Origin: Acidimicrobiales bacterium
GTDB lineage: Bacteria; Actinomycetota; Acidimicrobiia; Acidimicrobiales; MedAcidi-G1
Assembly (NCBI GenBank): GCA_028823445.1
Contig: JAPKBH010000008.1
Coordinates: 106-64,105 of the forward strand
DNA: 64,000 bases
Reading direction: 5' to 3'
The translations under genes were made by a program, and so were the position numbers. Positions 50,201 through 59,032 of the stretch are shown piece after piece. Position 1 is the first letter of the stretch. Every line of letters starts with the position of its first letter. The notes below the pieces were generated by a model. It worked only from the letters and a program-made list of their open reading frames with translations. It ran no database searches and was not told where the DNA came from.

Positions 50201-50618
50201 CAGAACTCGGCGGACAGGCGTTTGAAGCCAACGAACGTACCCCACGGTAGGCACCAATGCGGTCTCGGCTCAGAGCCCATAAGACATCGCGCATTTCGGT
50301 TACTGCCTCGTTAACTTCTTCGGGGTCTTTTTCAGCAGCCACCAGCACTTCTTCTCTTGACAACAAAGTTTCAACAAACAAAGCCAGTCGATCCTCAAGT
50401 TGGTCGGCTAACTCTGGGTTTGCGAAGAAAGATAAAAGCCCGGGGCCGCCCCGTAAAAGGTGGTCAACTTCTTTGAGCAACTGAGTGGACCCAACCAAGG
50501 CCAACAAGTCGCCTTTTTTAAGCAATTCTTGAGCTTGGTCAACCAGAGTGGCGATCTCGGACGCTGAGGGCATAGGGCGCGTTGAGGGGCGACGCAACAC
50601 GGCAATTATTCCGCACAT
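47217..50618 (-). CDS. GlmS-like glutamine--fructose-6-phosphate aminotransferase homologue with large insertions and a C-terminal extension (1133 aa)
   Basis: N-terminal MCGI (Ntn Cys). Glutaminase blocks: RLEVRGRDSAGLQV, GHTRWASVGVVSEANAHP, VQNGDVDNH. Two SIS blocks: VIGQGTAAIAA..ISQSGTTTDT and IVGSGSNLIAAREIRIKL. GlmS-tail-like KHQAKTVTVG. It occupies the glmS position between glmM and acpS. It is one uninterrupted ORF. Confidence 0.75.
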   Translation of the reverse strand: MCGIIAVLRRPSTRPMPSASEIATLVDQAQELLKKGDLLALVGSTQLLKEVDHLLRGGPGLLSFFANPELADQLEDRLALFVETLLSREEVLVAAEKDPEEVNEAVTEMRDVLWALSRDRIGAYRGVRSLASNACPPSSAGLTVLLSIEQALRSLDRLEVRGRDSAGLQVTLWGHQKVELTEGLDALYRSGSTHETAHGAQTWVVKEAAEIGELGDNTSALRAALKLDEGLAQALASPDVQGSILGHTRWASVGVVSEANAHPLDSTRDDNQSTPLVTAVQNGDVDNHAALVEENGLSIASGITTDAKVVPVLCAAHLAQGLAPSEAFRRTVQSFEGSLAIAASLADDPGRLYLSLRGSGQALYLGLGEDVTVVASEPYGVVEVTANYLRMEGDLPADPAHPVVSRGQIIEVDTATAGTVEGLVRRSFDERVLPVVPADLATAEITTRDIDRGDHQHYLLKEVSEAPTSIRSTLRGHLVKDQQDQWAVRLPPATLNDSLRADLASGNIKRITVIGQGTAAIAAQAIAESIRAEVAGTGVMVEAQLASELSGFGLRPNMADTCVVAISQSGTTTDTNRTVDLARSRGARVVAIVNRRNSDLTDRSEGVLYTSNGRDVEMSVASTKAFYAQITAGFLLAVGLADALGAPGADDRSVVLSGLNELPEAMEQVLASRQHIAEVAQRHAPPRRHWAIVGSGSNLIAAREIRIKLSELCYKSIASDSTEDKKHIDLSSEPMILVCAAGLVGSTADDIAKEVAIFRAHRAAPIVVCDSSARQYGDGPDLIGVPSVHPRLAFVLSTMVGHLFGYEAARAIDAQADPLRHAHAAIEKVAVQVNDQGPTEELLADLGQVLATSEASFSSELRSGRLNGHLEASTAVRLAGLFRYALGEVPLEAYQRQYGQVGTPGLVLDDLAGALTTAIEELTRPIDAIKHQAKTVTVGISRTDETLLEVRLAQAVMAAGTPRDSLSYRTLRLLGALDPAVAEVVGFTRYHLQGLATETPTLSIVDRGGVSTSIASRTDTDPVLRGTKHRVAVEREVLVTRGARDDRTLVLVPEVKDAETVGLILLHVEMVDHLDQESLRGVLRGYHDRYDAIEDAVCETEPELPQDLLVALPVADLLIDPIGSLAERLRSSW

Positions 50619-50657
50619 ATTTTTGCCCTCTCCAAAGATTGGTTAACAAACATGATT

Positions 50658-51992
50658 CTAGAGGATTGAAAGGTCGGCATCTCGGCGGCTTACCTCAGAG
50701 GCCAAATTTTCGGCCACCGTCAAAGCAACTTGTTGCTCTTGGGCTTCCACCATGACGCGGATTAAAGGCTCGGTTCCTGAAGGTCGTACTACCACTCGTC
50801 CGGCATCACCAAGTTCTTTTTGGGCAGCTTCGATTGATGGGGCCAACTCAACGGCCAGTGCATCTCCGGGGTTCTGCACCGTGACATTTAGCAATACTTG
50901 CGGGGCTTTTTGCATAATTTGGTGTGCCCATAGGCCCAACGCTTTTTTGTGTCGACGTGCGGCATCGATCACCTGTATACCGGTAAGCAACCCATCTCCC
51001 GTGGTGGAGCGGTCGGCAAATATTATGTGCCCCGATTGCTCACCACCGAGCACCCATCCGTTTTCGTTCAAGGCAACTAAAACGTGGCGATCTCCCACCG
51101 GGGTTTCATAAATTTTGATCCCTCTTCGGGCCATGGCCTGGCGGAGTCCGAGGTTGGCCATAACGGTTACCACCAAAGTATCGCCCTTAAGGCGCCCTTG
51201 TTCTAAGAGGTCGGTGGCACAAATTGCCAACAAAAAATCGCCATCCAGTAGCGAACCATCAGCGGCTACCGCCACTACCCGATCGCCGTCCCCATCGAAG
51301 GCCAGCCCAGCATCAGCTTGGTACTCCACAACCGCTTTTTGTAAAGCCTCGGGATGATTTGACCCGCAGTTCTCATTAATATTGCGGCCATCTGGCTGGG
51401 CATGGAGCACCGTCACCTGAGCGCCCAACTGGGCAAAGGCCTCGGGAGCTACCCCACTCATCGCTCCATGGGCGCAATCAAGTACCAGGTGAAGCCCGGC
51501 AAATGCTTGGGGTTCGACCGAAGTCACTACCGCTTCAAAATAACGAGTGTCTTGCTGAGGGGGCCAGGTCCCCGGCAGAGGGTTGTTGATCTGTGGAGTC
51601 TGGTGCCAACTTTTCTCAATGGCCTGCTGCGTAAGGTCGTTGAGTTTGTGTCCCCCGGCAGCAAATAATTTTATCCCGTTGTCGTGCCACGAGTTATGCG
51701 AAGCCGAAACCACGGCGCCCGCTACCTCTTCTTGGGCCGCTAAATACGCCACCGCAGGAGTAGGAACTACCCCCAACAACAGAGGGGTCACGCCGCCGGC
51801 GGCAAAACCTTCGGCTAAGGCTTGGGCCAACGCCGGACTAGATACCCGGGTATCGCAGCCAATGAATACTTGCTGGGCCTCAAGGTGTTCTGCGGCGGCT
51901 CGCCCGAGAGCGCGCACCGTTGGAACAGTGAGTTCGGTGTCTGCTCGTCCACGTACCCCATCGGTACCGAAATGCAGAACCTGATTCGTCAT
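50658..51992 (-). CDS. glmM: phosphoglucosamine mutase
   Basis: 444 aa. FGTDGVRG, active-site SASHNSWHDNGIK, DGDGDR and GGEQSGH motifs. Confidence 0.96.
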   Translation of the reverse strand: MTNQVLHFGTDGVRGRADTELTVPTVRALGRAAAEHLEAQQVFIGCDTRVSSPALAQALAEGFAAGGVTPLLLGVVPTPAVAYLAAQEEVAGAVVSASHNSWHDNGIKLFAAGGHKLNDLTQQAIEKSWHQTPQINNPLPGTWPPQQDTRYFEAVVTSVEPQAFAGLHLVLDCAHGAMSGVAPEAFAQLGAQVTVLHAQPDGRNINENCGSNHPEALQKAVVEYQADAGLAFDGDGDRVVAVAADGSLLDGDFLLAICATDLLEQGRLKGDTLVVTVMANLGLRQAMARRGIKIYETPVGDRHVLVALNENGWVLGGEQSGHIIFADRSTTGDGLLTGIQVIDAARRHKKALGLWAHQIMQKAPQVLLNVTVQNPGDALAVELAPSIEAAQKELGDAGRVVVRPSGTEPLIRVMVEAQEQQVALTVAENLASEVSRRDADLSIL

Positions 51993-52036
51993 AAGACGAC
52001 AACAAGGTGCGGTAAGTTGCTCCGCATCGGTGCCGG

Positions 52037-52435
52037 TTACCGCTTAGAGTACTGCGGTGCCTTGCGAGCTTTTTTGAGACCGTACTTTTTGGATTCTTTC
52101 TTCCGGTCATCTCGAGTCAAAAGGCCGGCTTGTTTCAAAGCAGGGCGACGTTCTGGCTCAAGAGTTTCCAAAGCACGAGCAATGCCTAAGCAAAGCGCAC
52201 CGGCCTGACCGGCCATACCGCCACCATGCAAGGTGGCGTCAATGTCGTACTGGCCTTCGGTGCCGGTAACCCGCAAAGGCTCCAAGAACTGTAGGCGGTG
52301 GCTTTCGGTGGGGAAATAATCTTCCATGGTGCGACCGTTTACGATCACCGTGGCTTCGCCGTCGACAGGGCGAAGGCGTACTCGGGCTACCGCTTGCTTG
52401 CGACGTCCGGTGTTTTGGGTAAGAGGTTTTGACAT
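52037..52435 (-). CDS. rpsI: 30S ribosomal protein S9
   Basis: 132 aa. [20 protein letters not shown] and a C-terminal [12 protein letters not shown]. Confidence 0.97.
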   Translation of the reverse strand: MSKPLTQNTGRRKQAVARVRLRPVDGEATVIVNGRTMEDYFPTESHRLQFLEPLRVTGTEGQYDIDATLHGGGMAGQAGALCLGIARALETLEPERRPALKQAGLLTRDDRKKESKKYGLKKARKAPQYSKR

Positions 52436-52449
52436 AAGAGGTTCCTCGC

Positions 52450-52902
52450 TTAGGCTTTACGCGCACGGGCGTGTTCGATGGTCATGGTTTGAGGTGCTTG
52501 CGCCTCGTGAGGGTGTTCGCTGCCTCGGTAGACCTTAAGTTTGGTCAACATTTGACGACCCAAACGGTTCTTGGGGATCATGCCGCTTATCGTCCGACGA
52601 ACGGCTTCTTCTGGCTTATCGGCCAAGAAGTCACCGTAACTGCGGGTCCGCAAACCACCAGGGAAACCGGAGTGATCATAAACTTTTTTATCTTCGGCTT
52701 TAGCGCCGGTCAGTACCACTTTGTCGGCGTTAATGATGATGACATGATCGCCGGTATCGAGGTGTGGAGTGAAGGTTGGCTTGTGCTTGCCGCGAAGTAC
52801 CGAAGCTACTTCGGTAGCCAAACGGCCCAAGATGAGACCCTCAGCGTCAACAACGTGCCAGGCACGTTCGATTTCGCTGGCTTTTGGAGTGTACGTAGAC
52901 AC
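52450..52902 (-). CDS. rplM: 50S ribosomal protein L13
   Basis: 150 aa. GTG start giving MSTYTPK, then [15 protein letters not shown]. Confidence 0.97.
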   Translation of the reverse strand: MSTYTPKASEIERAWHVVDAEGLILGRLATEVASVLRGKHKPTFTPHLDTGDHVIIINADKVVLTGAKAEDKKVYDHSGFPGGLRTRSYGDFLADKPEEAVRRTISGMIPKNRLGRQMLTKLKVYRGSEHPHEAQAPQTMTIEHARARKA

Positions 52903-52935
52903 GAAATTACCTTTTTCTTTGATTCGTAAGCGATG

Positions 52936-52964
52936 AAATAACTAGACTTTTGTGACTCTTTCAA
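52936..52964 (-). promoter_or_regulatory. candidate sigma-70-type promoter for rplM-rpsI(-glmM)
   Basis: On the minus strand: TTGAAA (52964-52959), a 17-nt spacer, then TTATTT (52941-52936), in an AT-rich 107-bp gap. Pattern match only. Confidence 0.3.
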
Positions 52965-53009
52965 CGTGGAGAAACGTGTCTATCCGCGTCTGAGGGCCAG
53001 CAGGTAAGG

Positions 53010-53810
53010 CTACGCCGGTGGTTCACCCTCAGCAACCCGCGCCTCATCAACCTCTAAACTTGGGTAACGCACCGACCAGAGGGTAAGGCCATGTGGAGGA
53101 GCCAGCGGACCCGCAAATTGCCGATCTTGGGCCGCCAAAATCTCTGGAATACGGCGTTCGGCAGTTCTGCCTCTCCCCACGTCAACCAAGGTGCCCACCA
53201 CCGCACGCACCATTTGGTGGCAAAAAGATGACGCCGATATTTCGAACTCCACCACATCGTTTTCTAAAGATCGCCAAGAAACTTCTTCTACGTGCCGAAT
53301 CAAACTGCGCTCTTGGTACCCAGGCTGCGGAGGCGTGCGTTTACAAAATGAAGCAAAATTGTGTAACCCAACAAGGTGAGCTGCTGCTTTTTCCATCAAA
53401 TCAATACGCAAAGGCGTCGAAACATGCCATGCCGTGTTGACTAAAAAAGGGTCTGGGTCGGGCCGGTTTAATATGCGGTAGCGGTAGCAGCGGCCGTTGG
53501 CCGAAAAACGTGCATCAAAATCTTGTGGGGCTTCGACCAGTTCAGTCAAAGCAATGGAGGGTCGGCAAAGCCGGTTCAATGAGTGGCGAAGTTTTTTTAA
53601 ATCCACATCGTCAGGGGCATCGAAGCTGATGACCTGACCTACCGCATGTACCCCACGGTCGGTGCGACCGGCACAGGTCAAGGTGATTTCTTGGCCGAGA
53701 ACCCGAGAAAAATTCGCCGTAAGGTCGCCCGCAACTGTGCGAACGTCTTGGTTTATAGCAAAACCGTGGAAAAAAGACCCGTCATAGGTAACGGTTCCTC
53801 TTACCCGCAT
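53010..53810 (-). CDS. truA: tRNA pseudouridine(38-40) synthase TruA
   Basis: 266 aa. Motifs YDGSFFHGF, GRTDRGVHA and FCHQMVR. Confidence 0.94.
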   Translation of the reverse strand: MRVRGTVTYDGSFFHGFAINQDVRTVAGDLTANFSRVLGQEITLTCAGRTDRGVHAVGQVISFDAPDDVDLKKLRHSLNRLCRPSIALTELVEAPQDFDARFSANGRCYRYRILNRPDPDPFLVNTAWHVSTPLRIDLMEKAAAHLVGLHNFASFCKRTPPQPGYQERSLIRHVEEVSWRSLENDVVEFEISASSFCHQMVRAVVGTLVDVGRGRTAERRIPEILAAQDRQFAGPLAPPHGLTLWSVRYPSLEVDEARVAEGEPPA

Positions 53811-53821
53811 GCCGGGTGGGG

Positions 53822-54175
53822 TCAGACCAGTTCGATCCGAGCCATCGGTGCTTTATCACCGTGACGAGGGCCGATTTTCAAAATGCGGGTGTAGCCACCT
53901 GAACGTTCGGCGTAACGAGGGCCGATTTCATCAAATAGTTTGGCCGTCATTTCTTTGTCACGCATAAACGCAACAACTTGACGATGGTTATGCAAGCCAC
54001 CCTTTTTCGCTTTGGTGATCATTTTTTCAGCGATGGGGCGTAAAGCTTTAGCTTTTGCTTCGGTGGTCACGATGGCCTCAGCGGCGATCAGCGAGGCCAC
54101 CAAGTTGGCCATCATTGATTTCTGATGTGCGGCACTGCCGCCAAAGCGACGACCTCTTTTCGGGGTTGCGGGCAT
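53822..54175 (-). CDS. rplQ: 50S ribosomal protein L17
   Basis: 117 aa. Motifs [10 protein letters not shown] and [11 protein letters not shown]. Confidence 0.97.
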   Translation of the reverse strand: MPATPKRGRRFGGSAAHQKSMMANLVASLIAAEAIVTTEAKAKALRPIAEKMITKAKKGGLHNHRQVVAFMRDKEMTAKLFDEIGPRYAERSGGYTRILKIGPRHGDKAPMARIELV

Positions 54176-54187
54176 GATGTGGTCCTT

Positions 54188-55126
54188 TTAGTCCCGGGTG
54201 GCGAGCGAAAGTCCACGCTCGTCAAGTTTTTCAATAACTTCGTCCAAAGATTTCTGACCAAAGTTGGTGATAGCCAACAGGTCATCGTAGGTCTTTTCCA
54301 ACAGTTGCCCGATGGTGTCAACCTGGCCACGCTTCAAACAGTTGCGGGGACGTTCGGAGAGGTCAAGGTCTTCGATGGGAAGGTCCATGTCGGGCGAAGT
54401 ACCACCGATTGGAGCAGCCTCAGCCAATTCAAGGCCTTGAGGTTCATCGCTCATTTCTTCAATCAGTTGCACCAAAGCACGCAAGGTGCCACCGGCAGAA
54501 GCCAATGCTTCACGAGGAGAGATGGAACCATCGGTTTCAATTTCCATTACCAAACGGTCATGGTCAGTTGATTGAGCAACCTGCATTGGGTCAACAACGA
54601 AGCTCACTCGGCGTACCGGAGAGAACAAAGCATCGATGGGAATAATGCCAATGATTCCGCTTTCGGCAGGGCGCTTGGAGGTTAAGAAACCGCGTCCCCG
54701 TTCAAAAGTGACTTCAGCAGCCAACCGACCGCTGTCGTTCAAGGTAGCCAGCACTAAGTCTGGGTTCAAGATTTCTAGGTCGGTGTGACCCTCTAACGCA
54801 GCAACGGTTACTTCGCCGGGGCCCCGAGCGTCAAGACGCACGGTCACTGGGTCGTCACTGTGGCAAGCCACCACAACGTCTTTAAGGTTCAAGATGATGT
54901 CTGAAACATCTTCAATTACGCCGCCGATGGTGCTGAACTCGTGTTCAGCGTCATCAAAACGCACTTGAGTGATGGCGGCACCGGGGATCGATGACAAAAG
55001 GGTGCGGCGCAGTGAGTTGCCGAGCGTGTGGCCGAAGCCTGGCTCGAGCGGTCCTACGGCGAACTCTTGCCGATCGTTTTCGGCTTCGCCTATTGCTTCA
55101 ACACTTGGTCGCTGAATTACCAACAT
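54188..55126 (-). CDS. rpoA: DNA-directed RNA polymerase subunit alpha
   Basis: 312 aa. GFGHTLGNSLRR, and a C-terminal domain with LDLSERPRNCLKR. Confidence 0.97.
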   Translation of the reverse strand: MLVIQRPSVEAIGEAENDRQEFAVGPLEPGFGHTLGNSLRRTLLSSIPGAAITQVRFDDAEHEFSTIGGVIEDVSDIILNLKDVVVACHSDDPVTVRLDARGPGEVTVAALEGHTDLEILNPDLVLATLNDSGRLAAEVTFERGRGFLTSKRPAESGIIGIIPIDALFSPVRRVSFVVDPMQVAQSTDHDRLVMEIETDGSISPREALASAGGTLRALVQLIEEMSDEPQGLELAEAAPIGGTSPDMDLPIEDLDLSERPRNCLKRGQVDTIGQLLEKTYDDLLAITNFGQKSLDEVIEKLDERGLSLATRD

Positions 55127-55177
55127 GGGATTACCTCTGTTGCTTCGGGGGAGAGCAAAAAGCTCTAAGGGTTACGG

Positions 55178-55795
55178 TTATTTGCTGTACAACTCAACGA
55201 TGAGTTGCTCACGTACGGGAATATCAATTTGTTCACGCACAGGTATTTCTTTTACGGTGACTTCGTGTCCGCCGTCGGCCACGGTTAGCCAACCGGGTGA
55301 CTGACGATCAAGTACGTCAATGTTCCATTGCACAATCACCATGTTGCGAGCTTTGGTACGCAAGGTGATGACGTCGCCTTTACGGGCTCGGAAGCTGGGA
55401 ATGTCTACCCGGCGGCCGTTTACGTCAATGTGCCCGTGGTTAACTAACTGACGAGCCTGAGGGCGAGTAGCGGCCATCCCCGCACGGTAAACGATGTTAT
55501 CCAGACGCAACTCCAGGTATTGGAGCATAATTTCGCCGGTAACCCCGTCTTTGCGGTTGGCTTCTTGGAAGATTTTGCGGAACTGCTTTTCGGTCAAACC
55601 GTAACTAAAGCGAGCCTTCTGCTTTTCTTGCATTTGAAACAAGTATTCAGATGGGTTGCCTCGGCGGCGGGTACGTCCGTGTTCCCCTGGTGGGTAAGGG
55701 CGCTTATCAAGAGCGACAGTTTCGCCTTTGGTGCCAAAGATGTTTGTGCCTAAGCGTCGAGAGACTCGCGCTTTAGGACCGGTGTAGCGGGACAT
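55178..55795 (-). CDS. rpsD: 30S ribosomal protein S4
   Basis: The ATG at 55795 gives [21 protein letters not shown] junction with rpsK. The ORF track extends to 55825. Confidence 0.96.
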   Translation of the reverse strand: MSRYTGPKARVSRRLGTNIFGTKGETVALDKRPYPPGEHGRTRRRGNPSEYLFQMQEKQKARFSYGLTEKQFRKIFQEANRKDGVTGEIMLQYLELRLDNIVYRAGMAATRPQARQLVNHGHIDVNGRRVDIPSFRARKGDVITLRTKARNMVIVQWNIDVLDRQSPGWLTVADGGHEVTVKEIPVREQIDIPVREQLIVELYSK

Positions 55796-56193
55796 TAGGC
55801 CCTCTTTCGCTTCGATAGGCGACACCCGTTATGAGGAACTGGTGTCACGTCTTTAATGCCGGTTACTTCGATACCCGTAGTTTGAATAGTGCGGATAGCG
55901 GTTTCACGACCTGAGCCAGGACCACGAACCACGACATCAACTTTACGTACGCCGTGTTCCATCGCTTGGCGAGCACACTTTTCGGCAGCCATTTGAGCAG
56001 CGAACGGGGTGGACTTGCGTGAGCCCTTGAAGCCCACGTTGCCCGCAGAAGCCCAAGCCAAGGTGTTGCCACCTTGGTCGGTGATGGTCACGATGGTGTT
56101 GTTGAAAGAACTCTTAATGTGCGCCACGCCGTGGGGTACATTTTTACGTTCCTTTTTACGAGGGCGTCGGCCCCCAGCAGTTGCTTTAGCCAT
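55795..56193 (-). CDS. rpsK: 30S ribosomal protein S11
   Basis: 132 aa. Motifs [15 protein letters not shown] and [14 protein letters not shown]. Confidence 0.97.
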   Translation of the reverse strand: MAKATAGGRRPRKKERKNVPHGVAHIKSSFNNTIVTITDQGGNTLAWASAGNVGFKGSRKSTPFAAQMAAEKCARQAMEHGVRKVDVVVRGPGSGRETAIRTIQTTGIEVTGIKDVTPVPHNGCRLSKRKRA

Positions 56194-56570
56194 TACTTAA
56201 GAACCTTTTTCTTGTTAGCCACAGTCTTGCGCTTTCCCTTGCGGGTTCGGGCATTGGTGTGGGTGCGCTGACCGTGTACGGGCAAACCACGGCGATGCCG
56301 TATGCCCTGGTAGCAACCGATATCCATTTTACGTTTGATGTTTTGCGAAACTTCCCGACGCAGGTCACCTTCGACCTTGTAGTTCTCGTCGATGAACGCA
56401 CGGATTTTAGTGACCTCTTCGTCAGTCAAATCACGCACACGTGCCACCGGGTCTATACCGGTAGCTTCACAAATATCAACAGCTTTGGTACGACCTACCC
56501 CAAAAACGTAAGTAAGGGAGATCTGTACTTGCTTATCGCGGGGAACGTCTACGCCCGATATACGTGCCAT
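56193..56570 (-). CDS. rpsM: 30S ribosomal protein S13
   Basis: 125 aa. Starts [13 protein letters not shown], with a basic C-terminus. Confidence 0.97.
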   Translation of the reverse strand: MARISGVDVPRDKQVQISLTYVFGVGRTKAVDICEATGIDPVARVRDLTDEEVTKIRAFIDENYKVEGDLRREVSQNIKRKMDIGCYQGIRHRRGLPVHGQRTHTNARTRKGKRKTVANKKKVLK

Positions 56571-56578
56571 TTTTACTC

Positions 56579-56692
56579 CTAGCCCTGCCGCTGTTTATGG
56601 CGGGGGTTGCTGCAGATAACCTGCACGCGTCCGTGCCGGCGTATTACCCGGCATTTTTCACAAATTGTTTTTACGCTGGTGCGAACCTTCAT
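56579..56692 (-). CDS. rpmJ: 50S ribosomal protein L36 (zinc-ribbon form)
   Basis: Not in the ORF track because it is only 37 aa. Hand translation gives [37 protein letters not shown] followed by a stop. It lies between rpsM and infA as expected. Confidence 0.93.
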   Translation of the reverse strand: MKVRTSVKTICEKCRVIRRHGRVQVICSNPRHKQRQG

Positions 56693-56708
56693 AATATATT
56701 CTCTGGCT

Positions 56709-56969
56709 TTACTTGTAGCGGTAGGTGATTCGACCTCGTTGGAGGTCGTAGGGAGAGAGCTCTACTTGTACTCGATCCCCGGGGAGAATGCGGATATAGT
56801 GCATCCGCATTTTTCCAGAAATTTTAGCTAGAACGTGATGGCCATTCTCTAGTTCCACTTTAAATTCAGAACCGGGCAACGGTTCAAGAACCGTTCCCTC
56901 CATAACAATGGCTTCTTCTTTAGATTTCGTCAGGACTGACCTCCAGGTCGAAATGGGTTCTACACGCAC
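56709..56969 (-). CDS. infA: translation initiation factor IF-1
   Basis: Core sequence [70 protein letters not shown]. The 5' end is uncertain. The GTG at 56969 has no SD, while a CTG at 56933 sits 6 nt after GGAGG and gives a family-typical 74-aa product. Confidence 0.93.
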   Translation of the reverse strand: MRVEPISTWRSVLTKSKEEAIVMEGTVLEPLPGSEFKVELENGHHVLAKISGKMRMHYIRILPGDRVQVELSPYDLQRGRITYRYK

Positions 56970-57065
56970 CGAAAGTTCGCGCGGCAGAGCCGACAGACAA
57001 CGCTACCGCCGCCCTTGGGTATGCCCAACCCGCGAACCGTACCTTGGCACGTGTTTTTAGGCTTT

Positions 57066-57647
57066 TCATTGCTTATTTCCTTGAGATTCTGTTACTACAT
57101 GGGCTAACCGGGCAGCTACCTCGTCTTCGGTGCCGTCACCGTCCACTATTTTCAAAATACCCTGGTCGGCAAACAAAGAAAAAAGAGGGGCCGTTTCTTG
57201 TTCATAAAGTGACAAGCGTTGGGCAATTCCTTCCGGGGAATCGTCCGCACGTCCCCGAGCAACCATGCGCTCGGTCACCACTTCGATCGACACATCCAAG
57301 TTGATGGCCAAATCAAGGCTAGTCTCGGCTTCTTCCAACAGGGCATTCAAGGCCGTTGCTTGGGCCGGGGTACGTGGAAAACCGTCAAGTAAAAACCCGT
57401 TTTGAACAACATCCGGGAGAGCCAGTCGTTCGGCCACAATACCGTTGATGATTTCATCAGAAACCAAGTCGCCGGCATCCATTACTTTTTGGGCCCGACG
57501 ACCAAATTCGGTTCCTTCAGCCACGGCAGCCCGCAGCATGTCACCGGTAGAAATATGAACGGGGCCAAATGCTTCAACCAAACGGGCGCATTGCGTCCCT
57601 TTACCAGAGCCTTGGCGGCCAAAAATAACCAAACGCACCGGACTCAT
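57066..57647 (-). CDS. adk: adenylate kinase (short type, no zinc lid)
   Basis: 193 aa. P-loop GRQGSGKGTQ, with ISTGDMLR and LLDGFPRT motifs. Confidence 0.94.
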   Translation of the reverse strand: MSPVRLVIFGRQGSGKGTQCARLVEAFGPVHISTGDMLRAAVAEGTEFGRRAQKVMDAGDLVSDEIINGIVAERLALPDVVQNGFLLDGFPRTPAQATALNALLEEAETSLDLAINLDVSIEVVTERMVARGRADDSPEGIAQRLSLYEQETAPLFSLFADQGILKIVDGDGTEDEVAARLAHVVTESQGNKQ

Positions 57648-57673
57648 TTAGATGCCTCAGCCGTAGCCCAGGG

Positions 57674-59005
57674 CTACTTGAGGAACCCCTCGTAATTGCG
57701 CATGGTGAGTTGCGAATCGATCTGCTTCATGGTTTCTAAAGACACGCCAGCGGCAATCAAAATAGAGATGCCGATGAAACCAAAGCCCGCCGCTCCGGAA
57801 CCGCCTGAGCTACCAACACCTTGACTGGTGTCAAGGAAAATGTTGATCATGATAGAAGGGATAAGCGCTACGGCAGCTAAGAACAAAGCTCCCGGCAGGG
57901 TGATGCGGGCCAAGATTTTAGCTAAGTAGCGTTCGGTCTGGTAACCGGGGCGAATACCGGGCACGAACCCGCCTTGCTTGCGAATGGTGTCGGCTTGTTT
58001 CGCCGGGTCAAAGGTGATGGCCGTATAGAAGTAAGCAAAACCCACCACCATGACCCCGGTAATGGTGAAGTAGAAAACATTATCGGGTTGGGCCAAGTTG
58101 TTGTTTATCCATGAGCGGAAACCTTCCCACGGCAACGCAGCAGCGATAAGTACCGGCAGGTACAGCACCGAGGTGGCGAAGATAATGGGGATTACCCCTG
58201 CTTGGTTTACCTTCAACGGGATGTAAGTGTTTTGCCCGCCGTACATGCGGCGCCCCACTACACGCTTAGCGAACTGTACGGGGATGCGGCGTTGGCCTTG
58301 TTCGACGAAGGTAATAGCGGCGATTAGCGCCATTAACACGGCCAAAACGATGAGCAGCGCCCACAAACCATTTTCGGCATGAATCAGCGATCCCTGCGCC
58401 GGGAAACCGCTAATTACCGAAATCATAATGAGCAGCGACATGCCGTTACCAATGCCCTTTTGGGTGATCAACTCCCCCATCCACATAAGCAATGCGGTTC
58501 CGGCGGCCAGGGTAAGCACCACCATAGAGACCGTACCGATATGGAAGTTTGGCAACAGGTTGGCGCCCGATTGGCCGCTGATGGAGTTTCCACCATCGTT
58601 GAACAGGAAAGCAAAGCTGGTGGCCTGAATAACGGCAATAGAAACGGTTAAGTAACGAGTCCATTGCGTGATTTTGCGTTGGCCAACTGCTCCTTGTTGT
58701 TGCCATTGCTCGATTTTAGGAACCACCACTCCCAGCACCTGCATGATGATGGAGGCGGTGATGTAGGGGGTTACCCCTAAAGCAAAAACGGCAAAGGTGG
58801 TGAGAGAACCACCAGAAAACAACTGCAAGAAGGCCAAAACGCCGCCCTGGTTGGCCCGGTCACGGAGTAACTGAACCTGTTCGACGTCAATGCCGGGGGC
58901 GGGGATGAACGCACCCACCCGGTACAGCACAATCATGAGCAGGGTAAACAAGATCCGCTTACGCAGATCGGCAACCCGGAACATGTTCAGCATGCTGGCC
59001 AGCAC
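57674..59005 (-). CDS. secY: preprotein translocase subunit SecY
   Basis: 443 aa polytopic membrane protein. Motifs LFSGG, GITPYITASIIMQ and GGFVPGIRPG. Standard position at the end of the spc operon. Confidence 0.97.
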   Translation of the reverse strand: MLASMLNMFRVADLRKRILFTLLMIVLYRVGAFIPAPGIDVEQVQLLRDRANQGGVLAFLQLFSGGSLTTFAVFALGVTPYITASIIMQVLGVVVPKIEQWQQQGAVGQRKITQWTRYLTVSIAVIQATSFAFLFNDGGNSISGQSGANLLPNFHIGTVSMVVLTLAAGTALLMWMGELITQKGIGNGMSLLIMISVISGFPAQGSLIHAENGLWALLIVLAVLMALIAAITFVEQGQRRIPVQFAKRVVGRRMYGGQNTYIPLKVNQAGVIPIIFATSVLYLPVLIAAALPWEGFRSWINNNLAQPDNVFYFTITGVMVVGFAYFYTAITFDPAKQADTIRKQGGFVPGIRPGYQTERYLAKILARITLPGALFLAAVALIPSIMINIFLDTSQGVGSSGGSGAAGFGFIGISILIAAGVSLETMKQIDSQLTMRNYEGFLK

Positions 59006-59032
59006 GTTGGTCTCCTTGTCTTAGTAGTTGGG

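Noticed and set aside
47217-50618. The giant GlmS-like ORF as a pseudogene or a frameshift fusion
   Set aside because: The frame is open for all 1133 codons. Recognisable GlmS blocks appear in the correct order in one frame, and the extra segments lie between blocks rather than at a single junction. I therefore treat it as a genuine gene, although an assembly error cannot be excluded without reads.
50619-50657. glmS ribozyme upstream of the GlmS-like gene
   Set aside because: Only 39 nt separate it from glmM, far too short for the ribozyme. No conserved core sequence is seen.
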